Shown piece by piece: positions 26,571-37,374 of a stretch of 64,000 bases of DNA (position 1 is the first letter of the stretch; every line of letters starts with the position of its first letter). The notes beneath the pieces were generated by a model that had not been told where the DNA came from, ran no database searches, and saw nothing but the letters and a program-made list of their open reading frames with translations. A program made the position numbers and the translations under genes. Origin of the DNA: Mustelus asterias (lineage: Eukaryota); the NCBI RefSeq assembly GCF_964213995.1, contig NC_135812.1:43586001-43650000 (forward strand). Reading direction: 5' to 3'.

Positions 26571-27822
26571 AAATTTGATTGAGTTTTTTGAAGGGGTAAC
26601 CAAGAAGGTAGATGAGGGCAGTGCAGTTGATGTTGTCTACATGGACTTTAGCAAGGCCTTTGACAAGATACCGCATGGTAGGTTGTTGCATAAGATGAAA
26701 TCTCACGGGATCCAGGGTGAGGTAGCTAAATGGATACAAAATTGGCTTCTTGACAGAAGCCAGAGGGTGGTTGTAAAGAATTGTTTTTCAAACTGGAGGC
26801 CTGTGACCAGCGGTGTGCCTCAGGGATCAGTGCTGGGTCCACTCTTATTTGTCATTTATATTAATGATTTGGATGAGGATATAGGAGGCATGGTTCGTAA
26901 GTTTGCAGATGACACTAAGATTGGTGGAATACCGGACAGTGAAGAAAGTTATCTCCAATTGCAACGGGATCTTGATCAATTGGGCCAGTGGGCTGACGAA
27001 CAGCAGATAGAGTTTAATTTAGACAAATGCAAGGTGATGCATTTTGGTAGATTGAACCACGGCAGGACTTACTCAGTTAATGGTAGGGCGTGGGGAGAGT
27101 TACAGAACAAAGAGATCTAGGGGTACATGTTCATAGCTCCTTAAAAGTGGAGTCACACGTGGACAGAGTGGTGAAGAAGGCATTTGGCATGCTTGGTTTC
27201 ATCGGTCAGAACATTGAATACAGGAGTTGGAATGTCTTGTTGAAGTTGTACAAGACATTGGTAAGGCCACACTTGGAATACTGTGTGCAATTCTGGTCGC
27301 CCTATTATAGAAAAGATATTATTAAACTAGAAAGAGTGCAGAAAAGATTTACCAGGATGCTACCGGGACTTGATGAATTGAGTCATAAGGAGAGGCTGGA
27401 TAGACTGGGACTTTTTTCTCTGGAGCGTAGGAGGCTGAGGGGTGATCTTATAGAGGTCTATAAAATAATGAGGGGCACAGATCAGCTAGATAGTCAATAT
27501 CTTTCCCCAAAGGTAGGGGAGTCTAAAACTAGAGGGCATAGGTTTGTGAGAGGGGAGAGATACAAAAGTGTCCAGAGAGCAATTTTTTCTCACACAGGGT
27601 GGTGAGTGTCTGGAACAAGCTGCCAGAGGTAGTAGTAGAGGCGGGTACAATTTTGTCTTTTAAAAAGCATTTAGATAGTTACATGGGTACGATGGGTATA
27701 GAAGGATATGGGCCAAATGCGGGCAATTGGGATTAGCTTAGGGGTTTTAAAAAATAAAGGGCGGCATGGACAAGTTGGGCCAAAGGGCCTGTTTCCTTGC
27801 TGTAAACCTCTATGGCTCTATG
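26571..27822 (+). mobile_element. Young 5'-truncated CR1 LINE (RT and C-terminus)
   Basis: YMDFSKAFDK, GVPQGSVLGPLLFVIYINDL and FADDTK motifs; frameshifts; CTCTATGG repeat tail. Confidence 0.95.
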
Positions 27823-28774
27823 ATAACTAGAATTAAAATAACATTCAGTTGATGTAAAAAAGCCAATATAAAAGGGAGGCAAACTAAGATAACTGTGCTT
27901 TTTTCCTCATCTACCTAGAGACAGCCTGCTTATTCAGTCTGAGGTTGCCTTCTTTTGCTTTTTGGTTCAATGGGTAAGCCCAATTATTCCCTCCACACCT
28001 TCCCAATTCCAATATTGAGATAAAGCTGCAGAAAAAAAAACTAAACTTGAAATTTGCTGTTTTGAATCAACACAATTGCTTTGCCCGTTTGCTCCAGGGA
28101 CCACTCAGCTTTCTCGACAGCCAGCTTTGAAACGGAACACACCTTCAATTGTCTGGTCATGCACAGTGAACCGAACAAAGTTCCACTGGGGAGGAGGTAA
28201 TGGCAGTACATCTTGACTCCACTTAGCTTTATACTTTGCAAAGAGAGCTTTATGAAAACACATCTTTACTTCAAGTGTTTGAATAATTCCTTCATATCAT
28301 TTTGCTTATTACAGATCTAACGTTAGAAAGCACGTTTTTCCTCAGTCGATATCACTTGCTTCTTTTCAGACTTGAAAAATCCCTGGAAAATCAAAATCCG
28401 CATCATGTTGCTACGTCAGATTTCCACAGCACCGCACAATTTTGGAATAAGAAAACCCAAATGCACAGAGCACTGACAACCTAACTCCCTGTTGCACCCA
28501 TTGGAAATGAGTGAATACAGTGCTCCAAATACGGAAAGAGGGCTCAAAAGGTAAATCTGACAAATATATATCTGAATCAAAAGGGCATCAAAATAGCTAC
28601 AAGAAGAAATGACTAGTCTCTTAAATCTGTTAAGTTTTATTTTAAGATAAAATTGTGAGAGTGCATTTGTTTAGGTGGCCCAGAGGAACTGTGGTGCTCC
28701 GGGGAGACCGTGAACCTCCAAGGTGATAAAACAGTGGTGTTTAGTTTCTATTTTTGACATAAGAAACCAGCTAG

Positions 28775-29050
28775 TTTAAAGTTTATTTATTAGTGTCACA
28801 TGGAGGCTTGCATTAACACTGCAATAAAGTTACTGTGAAAATCCCTTCGTCGTCATGCTCCGGCACCTGTTCGGGTGCACCGAGGGAGAATTTAGCATGG
28901 CCAATACATCTAACTAGCACGTCTTTCAGACTGTAGGAGGAAAGTGGGGCACCTGGAGGAAACCCATGCAAACACGGGGAGAATGTGCAGACTCCACAGT
29001 GACCCAAGCAAGAAGTGAACAGATCCCTGGTGCTGTGAGGCAGCAGTGTG
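28775..29050 (-). mobile_element. SINE (HE1-related head, AATAAATAAACTTT tail subtype)
   Basis: Same subtype as the copy at 13785-14060; it accounts for the spurious C-terminal half of ORF 28813-29679. Confidence 0.8.
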
Positions 29051-29258
29051 CCAAACAAAATACATATTTTTTGGGATTGAAAACAGAAATCAGCAAAGTA
29101 ATGTGAGGGAGGAAGAAAGGAATCAAATATTTTAAAGCAGATTTGCAGCTGGAGTAAATATTTAGTTGTAATGGACAATAAAGAGTAGACACAATGGCAG
29201 AAGTTTGAATTTTCATGGATAGCATTGATGCCAGCTGTGGCTGAGTGCCTGGCCTTAC

Positions 29259-29583
29259 CCGTGTCCTGCCGGAACTGGCTGAGTGTGGGGATGTCAATGA
29301 TGTAGGGTGCCAGCCGGGGATCGGCCTGGCCCAGGGAGATGCTGCTGGCTCCTTTGGCCGCCGCTCCGTGCGGCTGCTGGAGGGAGCGCTCGATGTGCTC
29401 GCTCACCCGGCTGCTGTAGGGCCGCCAGCGGGCCGCTTCGTCCTCCCACTCCCACACGGCGACCAGCGGTGGCCCCAGGGCCGGCCCGGAGCCCGACATC
29501 ACCGCCAGGGAGAAAGCCGAGCCGCTGGCGCCGAGGCCTCCGCCGGCAGCTGCCCCTCCGCTTCCGTGAGGCGAGGTGGCCAT
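29259..29583 (-). CDS. DTX2: Deltex E3 ubiquitin ligase 2, coding exon 1 (first WWE domain)
   Basis: MATSPHGSG...VAVWEWEDEAARWRPYSSRVSEHIERSL...SISLGQADPRLAPYIIDIPTLSQFRQDTG. Donor GTAAGG at 29258; 325 nt (phase 1); lies in a CpG island. Confidence 0.93.
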
Positions 29584-29734
29584 ACCCTCCTGTTGCCGGC
29601 CCCCGGAGTTAATACTGAGTGAGTGTGAGAGGGGGGGGGGGGGGCGGAAAAACAAACGCTGACAACTTTCCACTGCCAACTCCTCCCTCCCGCTGTCTCC
29701 CCCACTCCCGTCTTCAAGGGTGTCCGCACCTGCG

Positions 29735-29823
29735 CTGCCTTCTGGGAGTTGTAGTTCCTTCCGGCCAGCATCGCCGCGGGGTTTGATATCCGGTTCGCCA
29801 GCTGCAAACTACAATTCCCAGGA
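29735..29823. promoter_or_regulatory. DTX2 CpG-island promoter with two oppositely oriented ZNF143(SBS)-type motifs
   Basis: ACTACAACTCCCAGAAGGC on the minus strand (about 29737-29755) and ACTACAATTCCCAGG on the plus strand (about 29808-29822). Confidence 0.75.
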
Positions 29824-30419
29824 GACCCCGCGCCGGTCCGGCCAGTGCCCTCTGTTGACGGCTGGTGTCAGGTGCGAGGCGAGAAATGAAACTTAGTGAG
29901 AAAACTTTTATTGCAGTATAACAGTGCAAACCAGGCGGGGCAGATCTCACTGCTCCGGGCGTGTAAAACAAACGCTGCAGTTATAAAGATTAGGAGGGTG
30001 TTGATCATGCAAACGCCAAATGCATAATCACTTCTGCAGGTTTAGGAATGAGCTGTTATTGAGAAATTGGGGCTATTTTCCTTGGAGAAAATAAGTTGAG
30101 GGATTTGATTGAGGTATTCAAAAATCATGAGGGTTCTGGACAGATGGGGGAAAACTGTTCCCACTGGTGGCAGGCTTGGGCAGATTTAAGGCAATTGGCA
30201 GAAGAATCGATGACGACACGAGGAAATGCTTTTCCATGTAGCCAGAGGATAGGCTCTGGAATGCAGTGCCTGAAAGTGTGGTGGAGGCATTCAAGAGGGA
30301 ATCGGATTTTTATCTGAAAAGTAACATAGAAAATAGAAGCGCAAGTAGGCCATTCAGCCCTTCAAGTCTGCTCTGCCATTGATTTTGACCATGGCTGATC
30401 ATCAAATTCAAATTCACAG

Positions 30420-30916
30420 GCAGCACAGTGGCACAGTTGCTCAACTCCTCACTCACCTGAAGAAGGAGCCTGAGACTCCGAAAGCTTGTGCTGCCAAATA
30501 AACCTGTTGGACTTTAACCTGGTGTTGTGAGATTTCTTACTGTGCTTACCCCAGTCCAACGCGGGCATCTCCACATCATGGCCTCACAGCGCCAGGGACC
30601 CAGGTTCAATTCCCGGCTTGGGTCACTGTGTGTGTGGAGTTTACGCAGTAAGAGTTTTAACAACACTGTGTGTTGTTACATTGTGTGGAGTTTGCACATT
30701 CTTCCCATGTCTGCGTGAGTTTCCTCTGGGTGCTCTGGTTTCCTCCCACAGTTCAAAGATGTGCAGTTTAGGTTGGTTATACTAAATTGCCCCTTAGTGT
30801 CAGGGGGACTAGCTAGGTTAAATACAAAGGGTTATGGGGATAGGGTCTGGGTGGGATTGTGCTCGGTGTAGACTCAATGGGCCAAATGGGCTCCTTCTGC
30901 ACTGTAGGGATTCTAT
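30420..30916 (+). mobile_element. HE1-like SINE carrying two PLE family-A insertions
   Basis: The SINE head is split by a PLE terminus (about 30440-30578) and by a micro-insertion at about 30647-30682. Confidence 0.8.
30454..30490 (+). ncRNA. Minimal type-I hammerhead ribozyme motif (family A variant)
   Basis: CAC-CTGAAGA-A-GGAG cctgaga CTCC-GAAA-GC-TT-GTG. Stem I is CAC/GTG, covarying relative to the CCAT/ATGG copies. Confidence 0.75.
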
Positions 30917-31699
30917 AAGGGTTGAGGAGAGAAGTTGGGTGAGTGGCTCCAGGTAGATTGCTCTTACAAAGTGCCAGCGCAGAAATTATGAGACGAATAG
31001 TTTCCTTCTGTGTTGTAACAATTTTCTGATTCTGTGAAGTAATATAATCTGTTGTAATTTATGCTCTTCTCAGCATTGTTGCACAGATTTTTACTGAATT
31101 CAGTGTTACATTGTCTCATAATTAAATAATTGTAACAAGGTTGATGGGAAACGTTGTGTTCCCAAGACGTTTTATGGAAATTACTACAGTAGTCGAAAAT
31201 GGATGCTATGTTCACAAAGAACGCATGAACTAGTACAAGGGCAAGGAGATCCAGCCAATGCATGTAGGTACGTACACTTCTAAAGCAATGCTGGAGGAAA
31301 AGGAGTAAGGGACTGGGATTACAAATCTACAGGGGTAAAAACAATTCTCAATCTGGGATTAAGTCACTGCAGCATTACTGCAGTACAAAGAGTTTCTGGG
31401 ATTTTTTTTACAAAGGTAAATTCATCCAGGAAATGGATTCGTGTTCTTTTTTTAAGTTTATTCTGCTCTAGTTTTGCAATAAATCATGCCCCACAACCTA
31501 ATTTTTATGAAGTGATGCTTTGTTCATACAGCTCCACTATTTACATCATTATTCAATCATTACTACAGCCATATACATTTCAGAAATCTTCATACTGGTC
31601 CACATTGTCTTCTTTAGTAGCTTCTACTTATAAGTTTGATACCACGCTGTGGAAGTTACTGTAATAACCGAGGTACAATCTTCAGCTGAGATGTCATAA

Positions 31700-32350
31700 A
31701 ATCGCAGAATATCCCAAAGTGCCTTTCAGTCAATGAGGTACCTTTCAAGCACAGTCACTTTGGTAATGTAGAAAATGCACCAACCAATTTGTACACAGCA
31801 AGATTCCACAAACAGAAATGATCAGATAATCTCTTGTTAACTGTGCTGAAGGAAAAATATCAGTCAGGACACCTCGCGAACACTCCTGCCCTTTACATGG
31901 TCCCATGGGATCCTTTACATGAGAGGAAAGAAGGATCCTCAGTTTAATGTCTCATTAAAAACACTCCCTCAGTACTGCACTGGAGTGTCAGCCGTACTCT
32001 GGAGTGAAATTTAGACCCACAGCATTAGATTTAAAGGGATTACTACAAACTGAGCCATGACATAGGCATAGACCTTTTTTGCCCTCTCAGGTGAATAATA
32101 AAGATCCCACATCATTACCTGCAGAGTAGGAAAGCTCTGCTGCCATGTCCAGCCTTTATCCCTCAAATAGCACCATCAAAAACAGATTGAATTGTTACTC
32201 AGCTCATTGTTGTTTGTGGGATCTTGCTGTGTACATTTTTGGCTGCCATATTTACCAAGACAAGTGATTACACTCCAAAAAGTATTAATTTGGGTGTAAA
32301 GTGATTTGGCATGACATGTGGAAGTAAATAATGCTGTACAGATGCAGTTC
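31700..32350. mobile_element. Deu-type SINE fragments (SacSINE1/AmnSINE1-like), adjacent copies in opposite orientations
   Basis: CATGGGATCCTTTACAT...CACTCCCTCAGTACTGCACTGGAGTGTCAGCC; related copies at 33500-33907 plus 38444-38605 and at 41990-42350. Family name is by recall. Confidence 0.55.
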
Positions 32351-32569
32351 TTGCATGATTAATAAAAAGATCAGGGTGGAGATAAACTATTTTAAGAAAA
32401 AAGGGAATATTCCAATCTGTTAATTGTTTTTATGATGGTGTCCTCCCTTCATGAGTAAAAATCTTTTTGACTTTCATTTTGAGAAGAAACTTAATAGGTG
32501 TTTAAACATTTCATAATATAAAGCAAATCAACCTTCCTATTCTTAACATTTCAATCCCTATTTTAAGTA

Positions 32570-32755
32570 CAGTAAGGAGTCCCACAACACCAGGTTAAAG
32601 TCCAAAAGGTTTATTTGATAGCACGAGCTTTCAGAGCGCTGCCCCTTCATCACTCACCTGAAAGCTCTTGCTACCAAATAAACCTGTTGGACTTTAACCT
32701 GGTATTGAGACTCCTTACTGTGCTTACCCCAGTCCAATGCCGGCATCTCCACATC
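32570..32755 (+). mobile_element. Short PLE fold-back element (family A, older)
   Basis: Inverted arms CAGTAAG...GCTTTC and GAAAGC...CTTACTG plus tail TGCTTACCCCAGTCCAATGCCGGCATCTCCACATC. Confidence 0.82.
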
Positions 32756-32809
32756 TGTTTTAATGCACTAGAGGTGAAAATCTTTGAGAGAATTTACGAA
32801 GAATATTGC

Positions 32810-33020
32810 TGAAAAAAGAGACATGCTATCAAATCTTTTTGTCTTGCACTCATCAGGACAGTTAAACCAACAGTTAAGGGAACAACAATTTACACTGCAA
32901 AAGAAGAGAGTGCTGATTGGTTGGCAAACGGACTCTGATTGATAGAGGTGTTGCCATGGAGAATGCAGCAGAGAACAGTTTACTGGCCAGCCTTCATTAA
33001 AATTCAAACCAGGCAGGTTG
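32810..33020 (-). mobile_element. Putative PLE terminal repeat (family C) with decayed hammerhead
   Basis: A second copy lies at about 41620-41830; the minus strand reads TGTC-CTGATGA-GTgcaagAC-AAAA-AGAT-TT-GATA. Confidence 0.55.
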
Positions 33021-34294
33021 CACTTGGAACTTTTTGATTGATCTAATCTGAAACAAAATCAACTAATGGCTACGAATGGAGCTTTGAAGAAATAACATTC
33101 AGCAGAGACACCTGGGAGGCCACAACCCATAACTAAAAGCAAACACAGCAGTGGAATGCAGTGACTGCAGAGACCCAAATCAATATTGGAAATGTATATG
33201 TGTCGGAGGCTAAGATCAGGACATCAGAATAGCAGAGTGAGGGGGAAGTATGGAAAATCGGGCTCCTATGGCCCTGGAACGTGGAAGAATAAAAGCAGCC
33301 AGACCATGTGTACTGTATACTGATAGGGGCTTCCCAACCCAAGTAACAGCGCATACCTTTCCCATTCCCTATTGCTCGAGTGTATCCATTCAACATTGTC
33401 AACATGTGCTGTGGAAAAGAAAATGTAAGAGGTGTGTATGGTCTAAAGTTGTTAAAGTTAATGTTAAGATCAGAAAGCTATTAAAGTGCGTAAATAAATT
33501 TTTAAAACTGACATTTATATGATGCCTTTCACAACCACTGGACATCTCAAAGTGCTTTAGAGCCAATGGAGTATTTTTGAAATGTAGTCTGTTTAACATA
33601 GTTTTATTTCTGATTAACAATAACGTATAGAGTTATGGGGACAGTGAGTGTAAAAGGCATTGAAATGTCCAATCAGCAATGATCATATTGAATGGTGCAG
33701 CAGCCTTGACATGTTGAATGGGCTACTCCTGTTCCTATGTTATACCTAAGGAACATGGCAGCCAATGGCGCACAGCAAATCCCTTCTTGCAGCAATTTGA
33801 TAATAATCAGATAATCTGTTGTTGTGACGTTGATTGAAGGATAAATAAATATTAGTTAGGATATTGGGATAATTCCCCTGCTCTTCTTTGAAACAGTGCT
33901 ATGAGATTGTTCCAGAGGAGCAGCTAGAGTGGTGGTTCAAGTGAGGAGGGCTAGTAGGTAAGAGGTATTTTTAACTTACACTTTTTTTCGGAGTTTTTTT
34001 TTCTCTAAGGCAGCCGCGAGTGTAAAACTGGAAGTAGGCCCCAGTGAATTTTTTGAGTCGGAGCAATGGAGGCAGCGAGTGGAATGCGAGACTGCGCAGG
34101 CGCCTGACGTCAGCCAGTAGCGCACGGAAGGTTTAAAAAGCAGGCTGCTCTATCCAGCGGGCAGCGTTGTGAGCGGGCCGCATTGTGAGAGGGAGCAGAG
34201 TGGGACGGCTTTGGCTCAAACAGGCTTTGGCGTGAACAGGCAGAGGCGAGGGTAGGTTCCGGTAAGTTGTTTTTGTTTCTTCAGAGTAGAAAGA

Positions 34295-35229
34295 ATGATA
34301 GGCAGGATGTTGGAATGCTTCTCTTGCAGGATGTGGGAAGTCAAGGAGACCTCCGGTGTTCCTGACAACGACACCTGCAGGAGGTGCATCCAGCTGCAGC
34401 TCCTAACAAACCGCGTTAGGGAACTGGAGCAGGAGCTGGATGACCTCCGGATCATTCGGGAGAATGAGGAGTTTATAGATAGTAGCTTCAGGGAGGCAGT
34501 TACGCCAAAGGCACAGAGCACAGGTAATTGGGTTACCGTCAAGCGAGGGAAAGGGACAGGGCAGGCAGAGCAGGGTTCCCTGTGGCCATTCCCCTCCACA
34601 ACAGGTATACCGATTTGGATACTGTTGTGGGGGATGCCTTACCTGCGGCAAGCTGTGGCAGCCGAATCTCTGGCACTGAGTCTGGTTCTGCAGCGCAGAA
34701 GGGAGGGTGGAAGAAGAGGAGAGCGGTAGTGATAGGGGACTCAATAGTCAGAGGTACAGACAGGAGGTTCTGTGGTCATGACAGAGACTCCCGGATGGTT
34801 TGTTGCCTCCTGGGTGCTCGGGTCAGGGATGTCTCTGTTCGCGTGCACAGCATTCTGAAGTGGGAGGGTGATCAGCCAGATGTCATGGTACACATCGGTA
34901 CCAATGACGTAGGAAGGAAGAGTGAGGAGGTCCTGAAGAGTGAGTATAAAGAGCTTGGTAGGAAGTTAAAAAGCAGGACCCCGAGGGTAGTAATCTCAGG
35001 ATTGCTACCTGTGCCATGTGCCAGTGAGGGTAAGAGTAGGATGCTCGGGCGGATGAACATGTGGCTGAGGAACTGGTGTAAGGGGCAGGGTTTCAGATTT
35101 CCAAATCATTGGGACCTCTTCTGGGGCAGGTGGGACCTGTACAAGAGAAACGGGTTACACCTGAACTACAAGAGGACCAATATACTTGCAGGGAGGTTTG
35201 CTAGTGTTATTGGGGAGGGTTTAAACTAG
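34295..35229 (+). pseudogene. CR1 ORF1: zinc-finger/coiled-coil plus SGNH esterase (one frameshift near 34550-34600)
   Basis: CFSCRMW...CRRC, LTNRVRELEQELDDLR coiled coil; VIGDSIVR, HIGTND and GLHLN esterase blocks. Confidence 0.88.
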
Positions 35230-37152
35230 ATTTGCAGGGGGATGGGAACCAGAGTGCCAGAGCAGATAGTGGAGCGGGGGGGGTGAAAATAAATGTTAGT
35301 AGTTCATGCAAAATCACAAATAGAAGGGTTGTGTGTGGTGGTAATAATCTTCTCAGGTGTGTCTATTTCAATGCCATGAGTATTATGGGGAAAAGAGACG
35401 AGCTGAGGGCGTGGATTGACACATGGAATTATGACATTATAGCCATTAGTGAAACTTGGCTACAGGAGGGGCAGGACTGGCAGCTCAATGTTCCAGGGTT
35501 CCGATGTTTCAGACGTGATAGAGGCAGAGGGATGAAGGATGGGGGGTGGCATTGGTAGTCAGGGAAAGTGTTACAGCAGTGCTCAGGCAGGACAGATTAG
35601 TGGGCTTGTCTACCGAGGCCATATGGGTGGAGCTGAGAAACAGGATAGGTATGACCACATTAATGGGGGTGTATTATAGACCACCCAATAGTCAGCGAGA
35701 ATTGGAGGAACAAATCTGCAGAGAGATAGCAGACAACTGCAGGAAACATAAAGTTGTGATAGTAGGGGATTTTAATTTTCCACATATAGATTGGGACTCC
35801 CATACTGTTAAAGCTCTAGACGGGTTAGAGTTTGTAAAATGTGTTCAGGAAAAGTTTCTAAATCAATATATAGAGGTACCAACTAGAGAGGATGCAATAT
35901 TAAATCTCCTATTAGGAAACGAGTTAGGACAAGTGGCGGAAGCGTGTGTAGGGGAACACTTTGGTTCCAGTGATCATAACGCCATTAGTTTCAACTTGAT
36001 AATGGATAAAGATAGATCTGGTCCTCGGGTTGAGGTTCTAAACTGGAAAAAGGCCAAATTTGAAGAAATGAGAAAGGATCTAAAAAGCGTGGATTGGGAC
36101 AGGCTGTGATTGGTAAGTGGGAGGCCTTCAAAGGAGAAATTTTGAGAGTGCAGAGTTTGTATGTTCCTGTCAGGATTAAAGGCAAAGTGAATAAGAATAA
36201 GGAACCTTAGTTCTCGAGGGATATTGGAACTCTGATAAAGAAGAGAGAGATGTATGACATTTATAGGCAACAGGGAGCAAATAAGATGCTTGAGGAGTAT
36301 AAAAAGTGCAAGAAACTACTTAAGAAAGAAATCAGGAGGGCTAGAAGAAGACATGAGGTTGCTTTGGCAGACAAGGTGAAGGATAATCCTAAGAGCTTCT
36401 ACAGGTATATTAAGAGCAAAAGGATAGTAAGGGATAAAATTGGTCCTCTTGAAGATCAGAGTGGTCGGCTATGTATGGAACCAAAAGAAATGGGGGAGAT
36501 ATTAAATGGGTTTTTTGCATCCGTATTTACTAAGGAAACTGGCATGGAGTCTATGGAAATAAGGCAAACAAGTAGGGAGGTCATGGAACCAAACAGATTA
36601 AAGGGGAGGAGGTGCTTCCTGTCTTGAGGCAAATCAGAGAAGATAAATCCCCAGGACCGGACAGGGTATTCCCTCGGACCTTGAAGGAGACTAGTGTTGA
36701 AATTGCAGGGGCCCTGGCAGATATATTTAAAATGTCGGTATCCACGGGTGAGGTGCCGGATGATTGGAGGATAGCTCATGTTGTTCCGTTGTTTAAAAAA
36801 GGCTCAAAAAGTAATGTGGGAAATTATAGGCCGGTAAGTTTGACGTCAGTAGTAGGTAAATTATTGGAAGGAGTACTAAGAGATAGGATCCACAAATATT
36901 TGGATAGACAGGGACTTATTAGGGAGAGTCAACATGGCTTTGTGCGTGGTAGGTCATGTTTAACCAATCTATTAGAGTTTTTCGAGGAGGTTACCAGGAA
37001 AGTGGATGAAGGGAAGGCAGTGGATATTGTCTACATGGACTTCAGTAAGGCCTTTGACAAGGTCCTGCATGGGAGGTTAGTTGGGAAGGTTCAGTCGCTA
37101 GGTATACATGGGGAGGTAGTAAATTGGATTAGACATTGGCTCAATGGAAGAA

Positions 37153-37374
37153 CAGTAAGAAGTCTCACAACACCAGGTTAAAGTCCAACAGGTTTATTTG
37201 GTAGCAAATACCATAAGCTTTCGGAGCACAGCTCCTTCGTCAGATGGAGTGACGAAGGAGCTGTGCTCCAAATGCTTATGGTATTTGCTACCAAATAAAC
37301 CTGTTGGACTTTAACCTGGTGTTGTGAGACTTCTTACTGTGCTTACCCCAGTCCAACGCCGGCATCTCCACATC
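37153..37374 (+). mobile_element. Short PLE fold-back element (family A) inserted in CR1 ORF2
   Basis: About 90-bp inverted arms plus tail; target duplication (TC)AATGGAAGAA at 37141-37152 and 37373-37384. The CR1 frame WLNGR|SQRVVV resumes after it. Confidence 0.92.
37211..37247 (-). ncRNA. Minimal type-I hammerhead ribozyme motif (intact)
   Basis: Minus strand reads CCAT-CTGACGA-A-GGAGC tgt GCTCC-GAAA-GC-TT-ATGG, with palindrome AAGCTT. Confidence 0.82.

Noticed and set aside
29245-29622. Plus-strand ORFs over the DTX2 CpG island
   Set aside because: Antisense shadows of GC-rich DTX2 exon 1.
28813-29679. 288-aa ORF as a single-exon gene
   Set aside because: Only 29259-29583 is DTX2. The rest is intron and SINE read-through, and the upstream start is non-ATG 5'-UTR sequence.
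34295-35229. Host lipase/esterase gene
   Set aside because: The SGNH domain is the standard ORF1 of this CR1 element, directly upstream of APE-RT ORF2.
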